A DNA stretch of 46,713 nucleotides. Source: Desulfobacteraceae bacterium (GTDB taxonomy: Bacteria > Desulfobacterota > DSM-4660 > Desulfatiglandales > Desulfatiglandaceae). Made by a program: the position numbers and the translations under genes. The stretch spans positions 1-46,713 of the forward strand of contig JAWLET010000002.1 of NCBI GenBank assembly GCA_041685955.1. Direction: 5' to 3'. Position 1 is the first letter of the stretch; each line of letters starts with the position of its first letter. Under the pieces are notes generated by a model, which worked only from the letters and a program-made list of their open reading frames with translations, searched no databases and was not told where the DNA came from. Below, one piece after another: positions 1 to 9,378 of the stretch.

Positions 1-2541
1 CTGATGAAGCAATCCACGCTGGTCAAAATCCTGATCCTCCTCACCCTGCTCCCCAATGTGGCCATCCCCATCATCAATTACCAGTTCTCCTACGCGGTGA
101 ACGATTCGTTTGCCACCCAGGGGGGCATGCTCAATTTCTTCGGGTATTTCCGGGGGGCCATGAATATCGTCAGTCTCTTTATTCTGCTCTTTGTGGGCAG
201 GGTCTACGGCAAGTGGGGCCTGCCCGTGGTCCTCATGTTTCATCCTGTCAATTACATGATCGCCTTTGCCGCCTTTCTTTTGCGGTTTGACATCTTTTCG
301 GCCATGTATGCAAGGATTTCCACCAATGTGATCCGGACCACCATGAACAACCCGGCCCGGGCCGTACTCATGGGGCTGTTCCCGATGGAGTACCGGGCCG
401 TGATCCGGCCCTTTTTACGGGGCACGGTAGTGCGTATCGGCATCCTGGCCGGTTCCGGAATCATTATCGCGTCGGAAGGGTGGTTTCACCCCAGATATCT
501 CTCCATTGCCGCCATGATGTTTGTGGGGGCGTGGATTTTGACCAACCTTTGGCTCAAGAAGAGCTACTCCAACATCCTCCTGGATCTGATTACCCGGAAT
601 ATCCTTGATCTCAAGACCCTGGAAGAAAAGGACCTGGGGAGCGTGTTTGCAGACAAGACCATCCAGTCCAGACTGGTCCAGGAGTTTCTCCATGCCAGGG
701 GGAGGGATGCGGTCTGGTATGCGGAATTACTCCAGCCCCAGAGGATCCCTGATTTTGACCGATATATGCTCCAGGTGATTGAACAAAATGATGATCCCAC
801 CCGCATTGAACTCCTTTCCATGCTCTCACCAGAGGCGTCCCAGGACGCGGTCCCGGTGTTAAAGCGGCTGGTGGACCCTAAGAAGCGGGGGATGACCATC
901 GCCGCTGTAAAAGCGGCCAACCGGTTGTCTCCGGAACTGTCCAAGACGTTTGCCAAAGAGATCTTTGAAACCCAGAAAGACCCTGAGGTACAGGCCTATG
1001 CGGTCACCGGACTGTACCGGCTGGACCCTGAAAAATACCGGAAAGTCATCGATGCCTGGCTGGATTCCGAGGATCCGGCCCAACGACGGGCCGGTGTCAT
1101 TGCCGCGGGCGAGAGTGAAGATCCCATATATACCGCCCGGCTGAAGACGCTCCTGGCCCGGGAGAAAGACAACACCGTTGTGCCCCATATTCTGACCGCC
1201 CTTCGTGCGGTTGACGCTGAGGACACCAACGACCTGGCGGCGCCCTATCTTACGCATTCTACAGAGGCCATTCGCTTTGCAGCGCTGGATGCCTTTGAAA
1301 TAGTGGACGATGGCACCCTGAGGACGGTCATTCATATGATGGATGACGTCTCAGTGCAGATCCGTGGGCTGGCCAAAGAGAAGATCCAGACCGCAGATTA
1401 TGAAAACGCCGGCGTCCTGGTGGAATCGTTGAATATCCCGCGGCGTCAGGTGCGGGAGGGAATCTTTGACCTGCTGGACACTCTGGGGGTCAAGGATCTG
1501 GACATGGTCAAATTTGCCCGGTCCCAGGTGGAGCGTTGTTACAGTTATGTAGCCCAGATCGAGGCGTTGAAGGGATTCCCGGAGACCCCGGAGCGAGACC
1601 TCCTCATAGACCACCTGGAAAACAAAGAACAGACAGTACTGGAAACCGTGCTTCGGGTACTGGCCACAGGGGACCGTTCAGGCCGGATGCGGGCCATCTG
1701 GCGAGGGGTGTTTTCTGCAGATCAGAGGCGCCGCTCAAACGGTCTGGAAGCCCTGGATGATCTGCTGGATGCCTCTTTGTCCAAGGTCATGCTCCCTTTG
1801 CTGGAAAACCTTTCGCCCCCTGAGACCCTGAAGCTGGGACAAAAGAATTTCAAACTGCCCGATTTTAAAAAAGTGGACATCCGTGGATTTCTTTTAAAAC
1901 AGGATGATTGGGTTACAACCGTTCTGGCGCTCTATTTTTTGTCCAAACACGGTATTGACGGCGTAGACGAAGCAGACATACGAAAACTAACTGAGGCGGA
2001 TACGCCTTATGTTCAACAAATGGCCCGGATTGTCATGGATAAACAACACATCGAATCCGTTAGTGCGGAGGAAAAAATGGAATCAGACATCGCCATCCCT
2101 GACAAAATCCTGCGATTGAAAGGGATCAATATATTTGAAGGGCTTGCGGTGAGCGAATTGGGTGCCGTGGCCACTGTCACCGAGGTCGTGGATTACCCGG
2201 CCGGAGAAACCGTGATTAAACAGGGGGAGGCCGGGGAAACCATGTATCTGGTGATTGAGGGAGAGGTCTCCGTCATCAAGGAAAAGGGAGAGGCAGGGGA
2301 AAATGACATCGAACTGGCCAGGATCGGGGCCGGAGATTATTTCGGGGAGATGGCCCTGTTTGAGGACGCCGTTCGCTCCGCCACCATCCGCACGGCTGAA
2401 AAGTCCCGTTTTCTGGTCCTGCACAAACAGGAGTTTACGGAAATCGTACGGGAATATCCGCAAATCGCCCTTCGCATCTGCAAGGCCCTAAGCGGACGGA
2501 TAAGACAACTGCATGAAAAGGTCGAACAGGCTGATACATGA
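1..2541 (+). CDS. Multidomain membrane protein, 5'-truncated at window edge: polytopic MFS/ADP-ATP-translocase-like membrane region + HEAT/ARM-like helical repeats + C-terminal cyclic-nucleotide-binding (CAP/Crp-type) domain
   Basis: Frame 1 is open from base 1 to the TGA at 2539-2541, and the track ORF is 845 aa from the ATG at 4. The first ~190 aa are hydrophobic helices. The middle carries repeated helical units (DPEVQAYAVTGL, SEDPAQRRAGVIAAG, STEAIRFAALDAF, DVSVQIRGLA). The C-terminus has the cNMP-binding signature GDYFGEMALF...RSATIRT. Confidence 0.8.
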   Translation: MMKQSTLVKILILLTLLPNVAIPIINYQFSYAVNDSFATQGGMLNFFGYFRGAMNIVSLFILLFVGRVYGKWGLPVVLMFHPVNYMIAFAAFLLRFDIFSAMYARISTNVIRTTMNNPARAVLMGLFPMEYRAVIRPFLRGTVVRIGILAGSGIIIASEGWFHPRYLSIAAMMFVGAWILTNLWLKKSYSNILLDLITRNILDLKTLEEKDLGSVFADKTIQSRLVQEFLHARGRDAVWYAELLQPQRIPDFDRYMLQVIEQNDDPTRIELLSMLSPEASQDAVPVLKRLVDPKKRGMTIAAVKAANRLSPELSKTFAKEIFETQKDPEVQAYAVTGLYRLDPEKYRKVIDAWLDSEDPAQRRAGVIAAGESEDPIYTARLKTLLAREKDNTVVPHILTALRAVDAEDTNDLAAPYLTHSTEAIRFAALDAFEIVDDGTLRTVIHMMDDVSVQIRGLAKEKIQTADYENAGVLVESLNIPRRQVREGIFDLLDTLGVKDLDMVKFARSQVERCYSYVAQIEALKGFPETPERDLLIDHLENKEQTVLETVLRVLATGDRSGRMRAIWRGVFSADQRRRSNGLEALDDLLDASLSKVMLPLLENLSPPETLKLGQKNFKLPDFKKVDIRGFLLKQDDWVTTVLALYFLSKHGIDGVDEADIRKLTEADTPYVQQMARIVMDKQHIESVSAEEKMESDIAIPDKILRLKGINIFEGLAVSELGAVATVTEVVDYPAGETVIKQGEAGETMYLVIEGEVSVIKEKGEAGENDIELARIGAGDYFGEMALFEDAVRSATIRTAEKSRFLVLHKQEFTEIVREYPQIALRICKALSGRIRQLHEKVEQADT

Positions 2542-2722
2542 GGGTTGCCGCCCCCCTTCCCGGAAATCCAAAACGGCCGCTTTTTATAAGGCCTGTTCCG
2601 GACGTCTGCCGCCCGGCGGCATCTAAATCCGTTCATGTCTTTTCCCCTGGGCCCGAAGTGAATCACTCCCCGGGCCGAATTGCCGTTTAGGCGGATCCTC
2701 AAGGAGGTGTGAATCGCTATCT

Positions 2723-3880
2723 ATGCGAAACCTTGATCTGTATGTGGACGGTGTTGATCGCTGTAATGACACCCGACAATTCACAATTAACATCCGGTTG
2801 TCCAGGACCTACGATGAAGCCTTGAGGTTGTGGTATGCCGTACCGTTTGATCAATGGAAATACTGCACCTTGGAGCCCATGGACGCCTTCGTACTGGCGG
2901 CCCTTTTAAAGGCCATGGAGGATCGGGCCGCATTGCGGGTCCACGGCCCGGTGTCCGCCTCCCTTCTCAACAATCTGGAGGAATTCCAGCTTATTTTCAG
3001 CCTGTGGTTTCCAGATAAATATGGGTGCATTGACATTCAAGCCGACAGTGAGGTGGAAACCCAACCGGTCAACGACCAGGTCATCCTCAGTTTTTCCGGC
3101 GGCGTGGACGGGGCTTTTTGTGCGCTGAACCACATCCTGAGGCGGGGACCCATAAAACGAAAATTGTTTGACGTCAATGCCGCCCTTTATATTGAAGGCT
3201 TTGACATCAACATAGACTATGATGCCCAATGCAAAGCAGTGGTCCAGCGGAACCGGGCGCTTCTTAAAGACCATGGGGACTTGATATTTTTGAATGTCAG
3301 GACCAACCTCAAATATCTGCTTTCCATTAAACGATTCTGGGCGTCCCATGCCTGTGTGATTGCCTCCACTGCGGCGTTGTTCCGCCGCATATCGGGGGGG
3401 TGTCTGGTGGGAAGCAGTCACTCCTATCTGCACCTGAACCCCTGGGGGAGCCATCCCCTTACGGATAGGCTGCTGTCCAGCAAAGGGTTTCGCATTCACC
3501 ACGATATGGTGTTCACCCGAATGGAGAAGCTGAAGGCCCTCTCTGAGTGGCCCGAGGCGCTGGACAACCTCAAGGTCTGCTGGGAAGGACAGTATAAGTT
3601 CGACGCCTCCCCGGACAAGAATTGTTGTGTGTGCGACAAATGTATCCGGACCATGCTGGCCTTCAAGGCCCTGGGTCAGAAGATGCCGTCCAGCTTTCCC
3701 CAACCCTTGACCCCTGAGAAGGTCCAAAGACTGGGGAACAAACGCTTTGACTGGTCCAGATTGGTATTCCTCATCGAAGTGCTGGAGACTGCCGAGCGGA
3801 CCGGAAAGGCCCGGGATCCGCTTTTCATGGCCCTCAGATCGGTTATCGGAGATCGGCGGCCCGAAGATTTTCCAAAATAA
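2723..3880 (+). CDS. Hypothetical QueC/ExsB-like PP-loop (adenine-nucleotide alpha-hydrolase) protein with an unrecognised ~115-aa N-terminal domain
   Basis: 385-aa ORF. It has a strand-loop-helix QVILSFSGGVDGAFCALNH, with the SGGxD(S/G) PP-loop at aa 125-130 (nt 3095-3112). The C-terminal Cys cluster C286 ... C301-C302-x-C304-x2-C307 (VCWEG...NCCVCDKCIRT) recalls the QueC zinc site. An AAGGAGG lies ~14 nt upstream of the ATG. Confidence 0.65.
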   Translation: MRNLDLYVDGVDRCNDTRQFTINIRLSRTYDEALRLWYAVPFDQWKYCTLEPMDAFVLAALLKAMEDRAALRVHGPVSASLLNNLEEFQLIFSLWFPDKYGCIDIQADSEVETQPVNDQVILSFSGGVDGAFCALNHILRRGPIKRKLFDVNAALYIEGFDINIDYDAQCKAVVQRNRALLKDHGDLIFLNVRTNLKYLLSIKRFWASHACVIASTAALFRRISGGCLVGSSHSYLHLNPWGSHPLTDRLLSSKGFRIHHDMVFTRMEKLKALSEWPEALDNLKVCWEGQYKFDASPDKNCCVCDKCIRTMLAFKALGQKMPSSFPQPLTPEKVQRLGNKRFDWSRLVFLIEVLETAERTGKARDPLFMALRSVIGDRRPEDFPK

Positions 3881-3908
3881 TGATGCCCGATATGATGGAG
3901 TACAGATA

Positions 3909-5444
3909 ATGAAAGTTACCTATATATACCCACCGCTTTTTAAACCTTTTTATCCCATGGCCACCCGGATATTGACGGAGAATCTGCTCAGAAACCCGCA
4001 TCTGGAAGTGGAATTCAGTGCCATCCCGGTAAGCACCTATCAATCAGAAGTAGACCAAAAACTCTATGACACGATCATGTCCAAGGCCCGATCACAGTTC
4101 TCTCCCAATGTCGTCGCTTTCATGGAACAGAAATACATGGTGTATAACGTGTTTTATGTATTCATGGCCCACGGATATTTTGACGAATACATCCTGGAGC
4201 AGTATGACACGGATATCCAAATTGTCTCGGTCTTGAATTTCTGTGATTTACTGATTGTCAAGCATCTGCTCCAGATGGGGAAAAAGGTGGTCCTGGGAGG
4301 AGCGCTCATCAACATCAAACTGTCCCATTCCTTTGTGCGCCGGTTTCTGCAGGCCATGGGGGTTCCCGCTGCCAAATTGCAGGAGAATCTGATCATCGTG
4401 TCCGGGAATATCGATCTCACCACAGATCTTTATGCCATTATCAGCGCATGGAAGGATACCGAGATTCGATCCAACGATTACGGGACCGTGTATGACTGTG
4501 AGCGGGATTTTTTGAGGCAATACTATCGCGCCACTCCTTCCACACCCGTGCACTTTGGATTCAACAACCGGTGCTGGTACGGGAAATGTAAGTTCTGTAC
4601 CTACCGGGAACTGCCGGCCATGGATTTTCTGACCCACATTGAAAAAGACCGGATCGTCCGCTATGTCCACGATATGATGCAAACCTGTGGATCACGCCAG
4701 CTTCGGTTCATCGATTCTTATTACCGGTGCAACTCAGCGCACGTAGAAGATATTCTGAACCAAATAGCCGATTACAACATCACCATATATACCGGCATTA
4801 TGCTCCTCAAAAACAAGGCATATATTGAGTTCATCAACCGGCATGTCAACTGCCTGCTTATTGGTCTGGAATCCACATCCGACTTTTCACTGAAATATGT
4901 GGATAAGGGCTACACCTATGCGGATATCGAGATGGCCGTTGACCAGATCATCCGTTACCTGAACCGGGATGTTTTTTTGGAGATTTCCATTATTGTGGAT
5001 TTACCGGGCCAAGATGCGGCGGACATCAGAAAGAACTATGAACAGATCGCAGCCCTCAGGGAGCGCCTGGCAAATGAGGGGTTCAAAGTGGCCGTGCACA
5101 TGAATATCCTGAGTGTGTTTCCGAACCTGGAACTTTTGTATCAGAAAGAGGGTCTGCTGACGTATTCCTTGGATCCCAAAGACCTGGATACCGCCACCGG
5201 CAAAAACCACCTGATCCACATTTTGAGAAAATCAGGGATGGACAACCCCCTCCAGCTTCCTTCTCGCTGTGTGATTAAAGATGAGGATAACCGCTATGGG
5301 CTCACCTACGGGTATATCAGCTCGGATACCCCTGTGATCCGCTATGATGTGAATGGGAACCGACTCCCTTCTGATCTGGAGTTGATGGATGAAGGGATCA
5401 TGAAATCCATCTTGAAGCGGGAGCGTCGGAGGCTGGAACGGTGA
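3909..5444 (+). CDS. B12-binding-domain-type radical-SAM-like protein with a non-canonical Cys triad (CX4CX2C)
   Basis: The ATG at 3909 is preceded by GGAG at 8-nt spacing, giving 511 aa. The longer track ORF from 3747 overlaps the upstream gene and is unlikely. The N-terminal ~200 aa look Rossmann/B12-domain-like (KKVVLGGALI). The Cys triad NRCWYGKCKFCTY sits at nt 4572-4598, followed by a TIM-like core (LLIGLESTS). The gene is visibly more AT-rich than its flanks. Confidence 0.7.
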   Translation: MKVTYIYPPLFKPFYPMATRILTENLLRNPHLEVEFSAIPVSTYQSEVDQKLYDTIMSKARSQFSPNVVAFMEQKYMVYNVFYVFMAHGYFDEYILEQYDTDIQIVSVLNFCDLLIVKHLLQMGKKVVLGGALINIKLSHSFVRRFLQAMGVPAAKLQENLIIVSGNIDLTTDLYAIISAWKDTEIRSNDYGTVYDCERDFLRQYYRATPSTPVHFGFNNRCWYGKCKFCTYRELPAMDFLTHIEKDRIVRYVHDMMQTCGSRQLRFIDSYYRCNSAHVEDILNQIADYNITIYTGIMLLKNKAYIEFINRHVNCLLIGLESTSDFSLKYVDKGYTYADIEMAVDQIIRYLNRDVFLEISIIVDLPGQDAADIRKNYEQIAALRERLANEGFKVAVHMNILSVFPNLELLYQKEGLLTYSLDPKDLDTATGKNHLIHILRKSGMDNPLQLPSRCVIKDEDNRYGLTYGYISSDTPVIRYDVNGNRLPSDLELMDEGIMKSILKRERRRLER

Positions 5445-5448
5445 TCTC

Positions 5449-6741
5449 TCACTCCCTTTCTTCAATGGGAATATAATCTCTTTCATTCAGGCCGGTATAG
5501 ATCTGGCGGGGGCGATGGAGTTTCCATTTGGGGTCGTCCACGCTTTCCTTCCACTGGCTGATCCACCCGGGAAGACGGCCTATGGCAAACATGACCGTAA
5601 ACATATTCAAAGGGATACCGATGGCCCTGAGGACAATGCCGGCATAGAAATCCACATTGGGATAGAGATTGTGGTCAATGAAATAGGGGTCTTTGGTGGC
5701 CACTTCTTCCAGTTTTTTGGCAATGGGCAGAAGCGGATCTTCCCGGTTCAACTTTTTCAGTACCTTGTTGCAGACCTTTTCCATAATACGGGCCCGGGGA
5801 TCGTAGGTCTTGTATACCCGGTGGCCGAACCCCATGAGCCGAAAGGGGTCGTTTTTGTCCTTTGCACGGGCAATAAACGGGGCCGGATCCCCTCCGCTGT
5901 GGTCGATTTCCTGCAGCATCTCTATCACCGCCTGGTTGGCCCCCCCGTGGAGCGGCCCCCACAGGGCGCATATTCCTGCTGAAATGGCCGCATACAGATT
6001 GACCCGAGCGCTCCCCACCAGGCGGACCGCTGCGGTGGAACAGTTCTGCTCGTGATCCGCGTGCAAAATCCAGAATACGTTCAGGGCGTCTACAATATCC
6101 GGGTCCACGGTATAGGGCCGGACCGGGGAATCAAACATCATGTGTAGAAAATTCGCACAATAGGAGAGGTCCCAGCGGGGATATTCCAGCTTGTGACCCA
6201 AAGAGATCCGGTGAGACATGGCAGCGAGAGTCCGGACCTTGGACAGGAGCCGGGCAAACGTGATGTTGATTTCCTCTTCTTCGCTTCTTTCGGGAATGGT
6301 GGGATAAAATGCCTTGAGGGCATTCATCATGGATGAAAGGATCCCCATGGGATGGGCCCTTCTGGGGTAGTTCTCAAAATAGGCCCGCATATCCTCATGG
6401 ACCATGGAGTGGTCATTGAGCATGGTGGAAAAATGATCCAGCTCCGCCCGGCTGGGCAATTTGCCATTGATCAAGAGGTAGGCGGTTTCAATAAAACTGG
6501 CTTTTTCTGCCAGTTGCTCCACTGGAATGCCCCTGTACCTCAAAATCCCCTTTTCACCGTTCATGAAGGTAATATCGCTCTCACAACTCCCTGTATTGGC
6601 ATAGCCGGGATCCAGGGTGATAAGTCCTGTTTTCTTTCGAAGCTCCGTGATATCGATGGCCTCCTCTCCTTCAGAGCCTATCACCACAGGCAATTCGTAC
6701 GTTTCTCCATTGACCATTAACTTGGCTGTGCTTGTCATCAA
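5449..6741 (-). CDS. gltA: Citrate synthase
   Basis: 430-aa ORF with typical citrate synthase blocks (LHADHEQNCSTAAVRLVGS, GFGHRVYKTYDPRA, DFYAGIV). Confidence 0.95.
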   Translation of the reverse strand: MMTSTAKLMVNGETYELPVVIGSEGEEAIDITELRKKTGLITLDPGYANTGSCESDITFMNGEKGILRYRGIPVEQLAEKASFIETAYLLINGKLPSRAELDHFSTMLNDHSMVHEDMRAYFENYPRRAHPMGILSSMMNALKAFYPTIPERSEEEEINITFARLLSKVRTLAAMSHRISLGHKLEYPRWDLSYCANFLHMMFDSPVRPYTVDPDIVDALNVFWILHADHEQNCSTAAVRLVGSARVNLYAAISAGICALWGPLHGGANQAVIEMLQEIDHSGGDPAPFIARAKDKNDPFRLMGFGHRVYKTYDPRARIMEKVCNKVLKKLNREDPLLPIAKKLEEVATKDPYFIDHNLYPNVDFYAGIVLRAIGIPLNMFTVMFAIGRLPGWISQWKESVDDPKWKLHRPRQIYTGLNERDYIPIEERE

Positions 6742-6794
6742 TTTTTACCCCGCTGTGATTTAATCGTTTCAGTGCAAAATCTCATAAAAGTAAT

Positions 6795-6824
6795 AAACCC
6801 CGACGCAAAAAACCATCGGGGTTT
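6795..6824 (-). terminator. Hairpin, likely intrinsic terminator after the methylmalonyl-CoA mutase genes
   Basis: Perfect 9-bp stem AAACCCCGA (6795-6803) / TCGGGGTTT (6816-6824) with a 12-nt loop. It lies 20 nt downstream of the minus-strand stop at 6844. On the minus strand it is followed by ATTACTTTTAT. Confidence 0.5.
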
Positions 6825-6843
6825 TGTAGGCACAGACTCCCTC

Positions 6844-7245
6844 TTATACGGATTTTTGGTCCCGGATATATTGGATTATGTCGCCGGTGGTGGTTCCGGG
6901 ACCGAAAATTTCCGCGATTCCGGATGCCTTGAGGGCCGGGATATCCTCATCCGGTATGATGCCGCCTCCTATGACCAGGATATCCCTTATATCCTTTTCC
7001 GCCAGCAAATCCATAACCTTTGGAAACAGGTAGTCATGTGCCCCGGAAAGGATACTCATGGCGATCACATCCACGTCCTCTTGAATGGCGGCCTCCACGA
7101 TCTGGGACGGACTCTGTCTAAGTCCTGTGTAAATAACCTCCATCCCCGCATCCATCAGGGCGGAAGCCACCACTTTGACCCCCCTGTCATGGCCGTCCAG
7201 TCCAGGCTTTGCCGCCAGCACCCGTATCTTTTTCTTCTCCGCCAT
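6844..7245 (-). CDS. Methylmalonyl-CoA mutase, small B12-binding subunit (split-type)
   Basis: The track ORF begins at a TTG (7302). The ATG at 7245 has a GGAG 8 nt upstream, giving 133 aa. B12-binding motif [10 protein letters not shown] (DxHxxG) followed by SILSGAH. Confidence 0.9.
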   Translation of the reverse strand: MAEKKKIRVLAAKPGLDGHDRGVKVVASALMDAGMEVIYTGLRQSPSQIVEAAIQEDVDVIAMSILSGAHDYLFPKVMDLLAEKDIRDILVIGGGIIPDEDIPALKASGIAEIFGPGTTTGDIIQYIRDQKSV

Positions 7246-7298
7246 ATGCCGTTCTCCGCTTATTGCGTCATGACGTATGTGTCGACATGTCTCGTTGA

Positions 7299-8981
7299 TC
7301 AATTCCCCAGCGTACTGACTTGCTGGTACTCCCCGAATATGCCCCGAAGCAGGTCACAGATCTCCCCCAGTGTCGCATAAGATCTGACTGCTTCCAGAAT
7401 AAAAGGCATCAGATTATCCCCGCCCTGGGCGGCTTTCTGCAATGTTGACAGGGACTGCTTGACCTTTTCGTTGTCCCTCTCGGCCTTCAGTTTTTTCAGG
7501 CTTTCGGCCTGTTCTTTCTGTACAGACGGATCCACTCTCAATAGATGCCCGGGTCGTTCTTCCTGGGTCTGAAAACGGTTCAGCCCCACCACGATTCGCT
7601 CTTCCTTCTCGATCTCGCGCTGATATGTGTAAGCGCTGTCTTGGATTTCCCGCTGGATATATCCCTTTTCAATGGCCTCCACTGCTCCGCCCATCTCATC
7701 GATCTTGTCGATGTAGGCCTTGGCCCGCTCATAGATCTCCTGGGTCAGGGTCTCCATAAAGTAGGATCCCCCCAGGGGGTCCACTGTATCCGCTACACCC
7801 GATTCATAGGCGATAAGCTGCTGGGTACGCAAGGCGATCTGTACGGCCTCCTCCGAGGGCAGACAGAGCGCCTCGTCCATGGAGTTGGTGTGCAGCGACT
7901 GGGTGCCGCCCAGGACCGCTGCCAGGGCCTGAAAGGCGACCCGGACGATGTTGTTCTTGGGCTGCTGGGCCGTGAGGGTGCAGCCCGCTGTCTGGGTATG
8001 GAACCGAACCATCATGGACTTGGGATTCTGGGCCTTAAATCGTTTGGCCATGATATCGGCCCACAGGCGTCGTATGGCCCTGAACTTGGCCACCTCTTCC
8101 AGAAAATCCAGGTGGGCATTAAAAAAGAAGGACAGCCTGGGACCGAAACTGTCCACGTCGAGTCCGGCATCCAGGGCCGCCTGCACGTAGGCAATCCCAT
8201 TGGCCAATGTAAATGCCACTTCCTGAACCGCAGTGGATCCGGCCTCCCGGATATGGTAGCCGCTGATGCTGATGGTATTCCACAGCGGAATCTCCCGAGC
8301 GCAGAAGGAAAAAATATCAGTGATAATCCGCATGGAAGGCTTGGGAGGGAAAATGTAGGTGCCCCGGGAAGAGTATTCCTTCAATATATCATTTTGGATG
8401 GTGCCTCTGAGCTTTTCAATGGGAACACCCTGCTGTTCGGCCACCACCACATACATGGCCAGAAGAATGGCTGCAGGGGCGTTGATGGTCATGGAGGTGC
8501 TCACCTGATCAAGGGGGATCTTGTGGAAAAGGATTTCCATGTCCTTGACCGAATCAATGGCCACGCCCACTTTTCCCACCTCGCCCAGGGCCATTTCATG
8601 GTCTGAATCATACCCGATCTGGGTGGGGAGATCAAAGGCCACGGACAATCCGGTCTGGCCCTGATCCAACAAAAACCGGTATCGCTTGTTGGATTCGGCG
8701 GCGCTGGCAAACCCCGCATACTGTCTCATGGTCCAGTAACGGCCCCTGTACATGGTGGGCTGCACCCCTCGGGTGAAGGGATAATCCCCAGGAAGCCCGA
8801 TGTCAGAAAGATAATCGGAATATGAGAGGTCAAGCGGTGTATAGACCCGTTTAACGGGGATCCCCGATGTGTTTACAAATTCCGCCTTCCGCTCGGGCCG
8901 CTTTTTAATCTTTTGTTCCACCTGCTCTGACCATTTCTTCAGAGCTTGCTCCAGGCTTTTACCACCATTCTGATCGGACAT
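7299..8981 (-). CDS. Methylmalonyl-CoA mutase, large catalytic subunit (split-type)
   Basis: Start taken at the ATG at 8981 (MSDQNGG...), preceded by AAGGTGAAGGG. The upstream extension to 9080 is basic and low-complexity. Acyl-CoA mutase blocks are present: [23 protein letters not shown] and [16 protein letters not shown]. The Tyr in RQYAGF and the Arg in SSRG favour methylmalonyl-CoA over isobutyryl-CoA specificity. Confidence 0.9.
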   Translation of the reverse strand: MSDQNGGKSLEQALKKWSEQVEQKIKKRPERKAEFVNTSGIPVKRVYTPLDLSYSDYLSDIGLPGDYPFTRGVQPTMYRGRYWTMRQYAGFASAAESNKRYRFLLDQGQTGLSVAFDLPTQIGYDSDHEMALGEVGKVGVAIDSVKDMEILFHKIPLDQVSTSMTINAPAAILLAMYVVVAEQQGVPIEKLRGTIQNDILKEYSSRGTYIFPPKPSMRIITDIFSFCAREIPLWNTISISGYHIREAGSTAVQEVAFTLANGIAYVQAALDAGLDVDSFGPRLSFFFNAHLDFLEEVAKFRAIRRLWADIMAKRFKAQNPKSMMVRFHTQTAGCTLTAQQPKNNIVRVAFQALAAVLGGTQSLHTNSMDEALCLPSEEAVQIALRTQQLIAYESGVADTVDPLGGSYFMETLTQEIYERAKAYIDKIDEMGGAVEAIEKGYIQREIQDSAYTYQREIEKEERIVVGLNRFQTQEERPGHLLRVDPSVQKEQAESLKKLKAERDNEKVKQSLSTLQKAAQGGDNLMPFILEAVRSYATLGEICDLLRGIFGEYQQVSTLGN

Positions 8982-9378
8982 ACCCTTCACCTTAGAGTCA
9001 TCATTATTTCTCCGCAAAAAGCGGGGAGGTTTTGTGCTTTTACGCCTTTGATTCCGTAAACCCCTGGCGCGGCATATCATGAATATACAGCACGCTTGCC
9101 ACCTGCGCCGAATAAGGCGACCACCAGAACTTCCGGGCCCCCCTGACCGGAGCCTGTGAGAGTAGTCAGCAGAAACATCTCACAAGAAATAAAGATTAGG
9201 ATAACTCTCTATTATATGTCAAATCTTTTTTAAATGAGAGCCTCAGGCCGCTCCCTTTTAATCTTGACAACAGGTTGTAGCTATATTACAGCGTTTTTTC
9301 ATATAAGTGAGGGCCTATTTTTTTCCCGACGGGCCAGTGTATAACTCCTGCATATGGAAATTCGGTGAGGGTGTAGAG

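Noticed and set aside
3747-3908. Upstream extension of the radical-SAM-like ORF (the track starts at 3747)
   Set aside because: The extension overlaps the 3' end of the preceding gene by 134 nt and translates to low-complexity sequence. The ATG at 3909 has a properly spaced GGAG.
6772-7380. 202-aa plus-strand ORF across the B12-binding subunit
   Set aside because: It is antisense to the DxHxxG-containing subunit and crosses the gene boundary, so it is not credible as coding.
7545-8606. 353-aa plus-strand ORF inside the methylmalonyl-CoA mutase large subunit
   Set aside because: It is antisense to a gene with unmistakable family motifs. Its translation is Gly/Leu/His-rich low-complexity sequence typical of a shadow ORF in GC-biased coding DNA.
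8982-9160. Possible cobalamin riboswitch in the leader of the B12-dependent mutase
   Set aside because: On both strands I found only a loose resemblance (ACCGGAGCCTG) to the B12 box. None of the other conserved cores are present. An Infernal scan is needed to exclude it formally.
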